Origin: Malacoraja senta
Lineage: Eukaryota
Assembly (NCBI GenBank): GCA_038087875.1
Contig: JAXLNO010004702.1
Coordinates: forward strand, 1-39,121
DNA: 39,121 nt
Reading direction: 5' to 3'
Below, piece after piece: positions 33,076 through 39,121 of this stretch. The notes below the pieces were generated by a model. That model saw only the letters and a list, made by a program, of their open reading frames with translations, did not search any database and had not been told where the DNA came from. Positions within the stretch are counted from its first letter, which is position 1, and every line of letters starts with the position of its first letter. A program made the position numbers and the translations under genes.

Positions 33076-33517
33076 ATGCTCTTTATTGTATCAATGCTGA
33101 CTGATGACTTTACATTCAGCCATTAATTTTTCAAATGCTGTCTTCACTGCAGTTACCCTGTGATTCCAAAGTCATACATTGCGCCACATTTTGGAATAAA
33201 AGGTCGCCTATTTGATTGATTGATACTTTATTATCACATGTGACATGTCACAGTGAAATTCTTTGCTTTGCATAACATACACAAGGTATACATACACAAG
33301 TCACCATGTATAGGGTGTCGACACAGTTACAAAGTAATCATTACAGTCCCCAATGGTCCCACTTTGTTCTCGGCAGCCCCTCCATGTTGGGTTCACCTGT
33401 GTTATCCGCGCCCCCTCCCCCCCCAACCCCGGGACCCTCTTTGTTATCTTTGTTCTCGGCAGTCCTCCCATGTTGGGTCCCTCTTTAAAATAGTTACGAA
33501 GAAGATTTATTTTCCAG

Positions 33518-33564
33518 GAGGTGTATGATTTGCCTGAACTTTCTATTCCAGCTGTGAAGACAAG
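33518..33564 (+). CDS. Probable cytoplasmic exon 6 (EVYDLPELSIPAVKT)
   Basis: ttattttccag|GAGGTG...ACAAG|gtgaat; 47 nt. Entry phase 0 matches the donor at 32537, the frame is open, and no repeat is recognised in the exon. Confidence 0.55.
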
Positions 33565-34284
33565 GTGAATGAATATTTTCTAGGTTGAGATATAGAGAAT
33601 TTTAGATCAGAAATGAATCAAAAATTGCAGGAATTATGCAGTAAACTGATCAAAATCAGATTGGACATAATGTTATTGAATGATGCAGTCTGTTCAAGGG
33701 GGCTTACAGCTGATTACTAATCTTATTTTATATAAAACATAAAAATGTTCATCTCAGGAAGAGGCCCTTTGGCCCACAATGTCTGTGGTGAACATGATGA
33801 GATGCTAAACTGATCCCATCCAACTGCAACATGATCCATATCCCTCTATTTCCTGCAGATCAGTTTGTCGATCTAAAAGCCTCTCAAACATCATATACAT
33901 ATCTTGCCAGAGATAGACACAAAAAGTTGGAGAAACTCACCGGGTCAGTCAGCATCTCTGGATACAAGGCATAGGTGACATTTCAGGATGAGACCCTTGT
34001 TCAGACTCCAGAAATGCTGTTTGACCCGCTGAGTCACTCCAGCTTTTTGAGCCTATCTTCGGGTTAAACCTGCATCTGCAGTTCGTTCCTAGTTATTTTG
34101 CCACTTCTCTTTGTCACATACTGTAACCTGCATTCCTTGTTCACATACCTGATGGTGTAGTGGAGAAGTAATTGCCTTTGCATTTAATGCTTCACTCAGT
34201 GCTTCAAGTATTTGATGGGCAAGTCAACAAGGATCTTTGTTTTCAATACGAACCACGCTCTACACCACAGCTTAGATAATATTG

Positions 34285-34535
34285 CTTAGTTTAGTTGAGT
34301 GATACAGCATGGATGCTGAGCCATCAGCTCATCGAGTTGATACCAACCATCCAACACACCAGTTCTGTTATCCCTCTTTCACATCCTCTTTCCATACACT
34401 AGGGCAATTTTACAAAAGCCAACTCACCTACAAACCTGTACATCACTGAGATGTGCGAGGAAACCGGAGCACCGGGAGAAATCCCACGTGGTCACAGGGA
34501 GAACATGCAAACTCCACATAGACAACATCCCAGTA
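34285..34535 (-). mobile_element. V-SINE, degenerate
   Basis: GAGGAAACCGGAGCACCGGGAGAAATCCCACGTGGTCACAGGGAGAACATGCAAACTCC is the reverse V-domain. Confidence 0.7.
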
Positions 34536-34824
34536 CCATGTCCAGTGAATATTTATGGAACATGGTAACGTATGGGGGCTGCGTTTTGTTGACCTGACAG
34601 AGCACTGGGAACAATACTCATTATCAAAGCTGTGGTGTAATAGCTGTGGAAGTGTTTTATGTGCAACAGACTGAGAATTGCATTGTATATCCACCAGTGT
34701 CATTTCTGAATTATGAGCATTTAATAAAATACTTTTGAATGAGTTTTACCATGACGTTCGCATGCTACACTGACCTATATACTTGTTTTGTCATTGTTAA
34801 TACTACAGACAGCTATTTACTCAA

Positions 34825-35235
34825 TCATAAGTTCATAAGATCATGTGATAGGAACAGAATTAGGCCATTCGTCCCATCAATCATGGCTGATCTATCCTAT
34901 CCTCCAAACCACATTTTCCTACCTTCTCCCCATAACCCCCGACACCCGTTCTATTCAAGAATCTATCTATCTCTGCCATAAAAAAAATATCCATTGACGG
35001 CCTCCACAGCCTTCTGTGGCAGAATTCCACAGATTCACCACCCTCTGAATAAAGAAATTCCTCCTCATCTCCTTCCTAAAGGAGTGTACTTTAATTGTGA
35101 GGCTTTGCCCTCTGGTGAGATGCTGACACTAGTGGAAACATCCTCTCAACATCCACTCTATCCAGGCCTTTCACTATCAGGTAAGTTTCAATGAGGTTTC
35201 CCTCATCCTTCTAAACTCCAGCGAGTAGAGGCCTA
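34825..35235 (-). mobile_element. CR1 3' fragment
   Basis: Homologous to 7985-8480 (GGCCTCCACAGCCTTCTGTGGCAGAATTCCACAGATTCACC). Confidence 0.75.
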
Positions 35236-36112
35236 GTGCCGTCAAATGCTCATTTGAACAGAATAACAACAACTTTACTCTTCATATAACCAATTGTCAA
35301 AACTCACACCTCCACATTCAGGGACAGTCTCTTCCCAATTGTTATCAGGTAACTGAAACCATCCTACCAACAACCAGGGTGCAGTCTTGAACTACTGTCT
35401 CCTGCATTGGAGATCCTCGGACAATCTTTGATCGGACTTTACTGCCTTTATCTTGCACCAAACGTTATTGACGTTATTCCCTTTATCATATATCTGTACA
35501 CTATGGATGGCTCGATTGTAATCATGCATTGTCTTTCCACTGACTGGTTAGCACATTTAGTTTAGTTTAGTTTAGAGATACAGGGCAGAAACAGGGTCCG
35601 CACCAATTCCCGCACACTAACACTATCCTACACACACTTGGAACAGGTTTACATTTATACCAACCCAATTAACCTACATACCCATAGTCAAGATCAAACC
35701 CGGCTGTGTGGCACATAAGGCAGCAACTCCAGTGTTGCATCACCATGTTGCCCTTATTGTTGTAGGATGTGCAGGGAATGGAGGTATATTATGTGCCGGC
35801 AGATAGGAGTTGGTCTTGGCATCATGTTCAACACAGACATTGTGGGCCAAAGGGCCTGTTCCTGTGTTGTACTGATCTATTGTGGTGATTGTGAAAACAC
35901 ATAATAATTACTTGATTGCTGATATCTTAAGTGTATTTACTAGGTACATTAAATATTCAGACAAAACTAAATTCCATTCCCGAGTCATCTAATTCCCACA
36001 CCCTAGTCAGCATGAAACATCAACTTTCTTGATGTACTGATATTTATTTTCTGTTAATATTTAACTGTGAGTTTAATGTTACACCAAATGATAATTGGCT
36101 TGTTTCCATCAG

Positions 36113-36149
36113 TTTTTGCAATCTGGACGACCCTGAATTTATTGCTTAG
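36113..36149 (+). CDS. Candidate terminal exon 7 (S-FCNLDDPEFIA*); alternative acceptor at 36149 gives R-CEIHRKD*
   Basis: ggcttgtttccatcag| acceptor in a non-repetitive island, compatible with the phase 2 donor at 33564. No polyA signal seen downstream. Confidence 0.3.
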
Positions 36150-36399
36150 GTGTGAGATTCATCGCAAGGACTGAGATGAGGCAGAAACCTGACTGTTACA
36201 GACTTTTTGGAGGGGTTTGCAAGATTTTGACCCAACACCTCTGAAGGCAAGACAATATATTTACAAGCAGCCTCAACCGCACCTCAGACAGTGCCATCCA
36301 GGCACTCGTCACTGTCTGTGAAAAAACATGCCCTGCACATTTCCTTTAAACATTCATCTTAAAACTATGCCCTCTTGTATTTAATGTTTCCATCCATGT

Positions 36400-36728
36400 T
36401 GAGTTTAGTTTATTTTAGTTTAGAGATACAGCGTGGAAACAGGCCCTTCGGCCCACCGAGTCCGCACCGACTAGTGATCCCTGCGCATTAGCACTATCCT
36501 ACACACACTCGGGACGATTTACACATACACCAAGCCAATTAATCTACATATCTGTACATCTTTGGAGTGTGGGAGGAAACCGAAGATCTCGGAGAAAACC
36601 CATGCTGTCATGGAGAGAACGTACAAACTCCACACGTACAGCACCCGTGGTCGGGATCGAACCTGGGTCTCCCACGCTGCAAGCGCTGTAAAGCAGCAAC
36701 TCTACCGCTGCGCCACAGTGACTGCCCC
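36400..36728 (-). mobile_element. V-SINE, full length
   Basis: Head GGGGCAGTCACTGTGGCGCAGCGGTAGAGTTGCTGC on the minus strand, V-domain and CTAAA tail. Confidence 0.88.
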
Positions 36729-37235
36729 TGTTCTGACTATCTATCCTATCTATACCTCTCATAGTTTTATGTACTTCTATCCGGTGTCCCATCAAACTCC
36801 GGCATTGTAGCGGAAGCAATCCATGTCTGTCCATATGTTTCATGTAGCCAACACACCCTAGTTGAGGCATCATTCTTGTAAACCTCTGCACCCTTTCCAA
36901 TGCCTCTACATCCTTTATGTAATGGGTCAACAAAAACTACACATAATACTCCAAATGTGGACTACCCAGCCCTATAAAACTGTATTATGACTTCCTGTCT
37001 CTAGAAACCCAAGATTCAACCCCAAGATCTCTCTGTAGATTAATGCTGTTAAGGGTCTTGCCAATAACTGTATACTTTTCCTTTACATTCGACCACTCAA
37101 AGTGTAACATACTTGCTCAAAATGAACTCCATTTGCAATTTTCTGCCCATTTCTGTATCTGATGTATTTCCCATTGTACACTTGGGCAGCCTTCTTCACT
37201 GTTCGCAACTCCATCAATGTTGGTGGCGCCTGCAA
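36729..37235 (-). mobile_element. CR1 fragment
   Basis: Minus ORF has IKDVEALERVQRFTRMMPQL...IEVHKTMRGIDRIDSQN, interrupted by the SINE. Confidence 0.7.
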
Positions 37236-37337
37236 ACTAACTAACCAACCCAACCACTGGGTGGCGCCAGCAATGGCTGTCTCGCCAACAGTATGTCTGT
37301 CCCTTCCTTCTTTGTGTTTTAACAGTTTGTGTTAAAT

Positions 37338-37400
37338 CAGGGGTTGGCAACCTACGGCCCAGATCCGGTCTGTAACTCGAAATCATCCGGCACGCAGGCG
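37338..37400 (+). mobile_element. hAT/Charlie-type terminus, orphan
   Basis: CAGGGGTTGGCAACCTACGGCCC; no partner TIR in the window. Confidence 0.45.
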
Positions 37401-37438
37401 TAATACAAAACACACACAACACTTATCCGAGAGTAGTT

Positions 37439-37440
<2 letters not shown>

Positions 37441-37484
<44 letters not shown>
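37441..37484. repeat. (CA)22 microsatellite
   Basis: Perfect CA run. Confidence 0.97.
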
Positions 37485-37485
<1 letters not shown>

Positions 37486-37516
37486 CCAATTCCATATCAC
37501 AATACCTGTCGACTCA

Positions 37517-37832
37517 AGGGCCTGTCCCACTGTACGAGCTAATTCAAGAGTTCTCCCGAGTTTCCCATGATTCGAACTCGGAGAATTACAGTAATAGCCG
37601 CTCGTAGGTACTCGGGGCTCTCGTGGACATTTTTCAACACGTTTAAAAATCTTCACGAGTCTTCACGAGCTTACCGCGTTTCCTGAGTACATGCCGTTAG
37701 CATTACGAGCCACTAAGAGACGTCCCGAGCTCCGACGTACCCGCTACGTACATTCTACGTACTTACCACGAGTTTGATTTTTTTAAAACTCGGGAGAGCT
37801 CTTGAATTACCTCGTACAGTGGGACAGGCCCT
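37517..37832. mobile_element. 316-bp MITE with ~47-bp TIRs, PIF/Harbinger-like
   Basis: AGGGCCTGTCCCACTGTACGAGCTAATTCAAGAGTTCTCCCGAGTTT and its inverse ending GGGACAGGCCCT. Flanks TCA/TAA are an imperfect TWA-type TSD. Confidence 0.8.
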
Positions 37833-37839
37833 TAAATCT

Positions 37840-38070
37840 TTCTCCCCGTCCCTACCCTTCCACCCCCTCTTCCATCCTCCCGACCACCCGAAGTGAAAGC
37901 GCCCCCCCCCCCACCTCGGTGCTGCGGCTTGTGTGAAACTGCAGCGGGATGAGAGCGACTTCGACAACGCTGTGCTGGAGCGGTTTCTTCGGGAGCCCAG
38001 CGGTGGACGGGCTGGAGGAAAACAAAGCATCAGCGAGGTCGGTGAGCAATTCCGCTCCGGCCACAGTGTT
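37840..38070 (+). other. CpG-rich non-repeat island with candidate exon 37945-38041
   Basis: High CpG density, IRF-like AAGTGAAAG near 37892, ctgcag| acceptor, G|GTGAGC donor at 38042, open frame RDESDFDNAVLERFLREPSGG. Confidence 0.3.
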
Positions 38071-38214
38071 GCACTTTAGTCGTATTTGTCCCGGGGGTAA
38101 TTGTCTTTTTGTTACGATTTTTTAAAACTATAATGAATTAATTATTAACTATGGTGACAGATGTGGCCCTCCATCCACTCACAGACATGGGTCCTGGCTC
38201 CTATGCAGAACAAG

Positions 38215-38820
38215 GATGCTGACCCATGTGTTAAATGTATGTTTTTAGTGTTCTTTAGCTTGTTTTACGTGGGGTGGGGTGTGGGGTTGGGGGAAACCTT
38301 TTCTAATATCTTACCTCGATGGAGATGCGATTTTTTTCTGTATCGTATCTCGGTCCGCACTGCAGCCTAACATCCAGGAGTTGCCGTCCTTTGGTGAAGG
38401 CCGACTTTTGACAGCTCCACCACGGGAGCCTGCGGAGTTACCATCACGCAGCTCACAATCTCTTTGCCAGGGATCGACCTCGGAGCTCCAACTGTGGGTG
38501 CTTGCGGACTTAACATCACGGAGCTCGCGGTCTCTGGTCAGAGACCGACCTCGGGAGCTCCAAGCCGCAGGTGCTTTGACCACCCCAACACAGGAGCTTC
38601 TATCGCCCTGACACAGGTGCTTCAACTGCCCCGACCGCGGGAGAATAAAAAGAAAGAAGATTGGACTTTTTTGCCTTCCATCACAGTGAGTAATGTGGGA
38701 ATCTGCCGTGGTGGATGTTTATGTTAACTTTTATGTCATTGTGTCTTGTTGCTTGTCTTGGGCCAGGGGTGGGATCCAGTACAGGCAACGCCAACAACTT
38801 TAATGACAATCAAAATAAGA
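38215..38820 (+). mobile_element. GC-rich interspersed repeat with retro-type tail
   Basis: Internally repeated GACCTCGGGAGCTCC motifs, TTCCATCACAG shared with the repeat at ~27640, tail ATGACAATCAAAATAAG. Confidence 0.5.
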
Positions 38821-38844
38821 ATGCAAGGAAACATCAAGAGATCC

Positions 38845-39121
38845 AATCAGAACATAGACACAACATGCTGGAGTAACTCGTCGGGACAGGCAGCATTTCT
38901 GAAGAGAAGGAATGGGTGACATTTTGGGTCGAGACCCTTCTTCAGGCTGATGTCAGGGGAATGGGAGGTCGATAGATAAGGAAGTGTATAGATAAGGACG
39001 TGTAAGATGTGAAAACAGGACAAAGGGAATGGAGATCAAGGAAAATGTAGCAGCAAAGGAAAGAGATAAAGAAGGGAGACTCTCGGAAAAGATTGACAAG
39101 GGGGGAGATCTGCTACATAGT
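38845..39121 (-). mobile_element. Penelope-like terminal fragment with a mutated hammerhead-like motif
   Basis: Reverse strand CCTGAAGAAGGGTCTCGACCCAAAATGTCACCC (~38914-38946) and GCTGGAGTAACTC..GGCAGCAT. Confidence 0.7.

Larger units (their letters stand above)
10216..33564 (+). pseudogene. Nonclassical MHC class I-like gene carrying one premature stop in alpha3 (pseudogene, null allele or assembly error)
   Basis: Leader, alpha1 (261 nt), alpha2 (276 nt), alpha3 (273 nt) and TM exons have AG/GT boundaries and phase 1 junctions. The conceptual protein is a class I heavy chain. In-frame TAG at 24383-24385. Confidence 0.88.

Noticed and set aside
10216-33564. Naming the gene CD1, MR1 or a specific shark lineage
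   Set aside because: This needs a phylogeny; by eye only a nonclassical class I-like identity is supportable.

Overview
This is eukaryotic genomic DNA, about 39 kb and very repeat-rich. The repeat complement (V-SINE/HE1-like SINEs, CR1, Penelope-like, L1, hAT, Tc1) suggests a cartilaginous fish, probably a skate or ray (inference). The one host gene I can reconstruct is a nonclassical MHC class I-like gene on the + strand. It has an S-X-Y-like promoter (~10011-10112), leader exon 10216-10267, alpha1 20821-21081, alpha2 22826-23101, alpha3 24306-24578, a TM exon from 32404 and a probable cytoplasmic exon 33518-33564. All splice phases fit, but there is one in-frame TAG (24383-24385) at the conserved GFYP tyrosine of alpha3. 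Most classical peptide-anchor residues are replaced and alpha2 carries six cysteines. Intron 1 holds a full-length antisense L1 (13145-19752) with intact ORF1/ORF2, a 15-bp TSD and a structured 1.2-kb inter-ORF spacer. Intron 4 holds a 3.5-kb non-autonomous hAT element (8-bp TSD) and a Tc1 element that ends 13 nt before the TM-exon acceptor and carries an AFC-like CORE-SINE. Penelope-like terminal repeats with minimal hammerhead-ribozyme motifs are scattered throughout. Boundaries of old repeats are approximate, and all alignments were done by eye.
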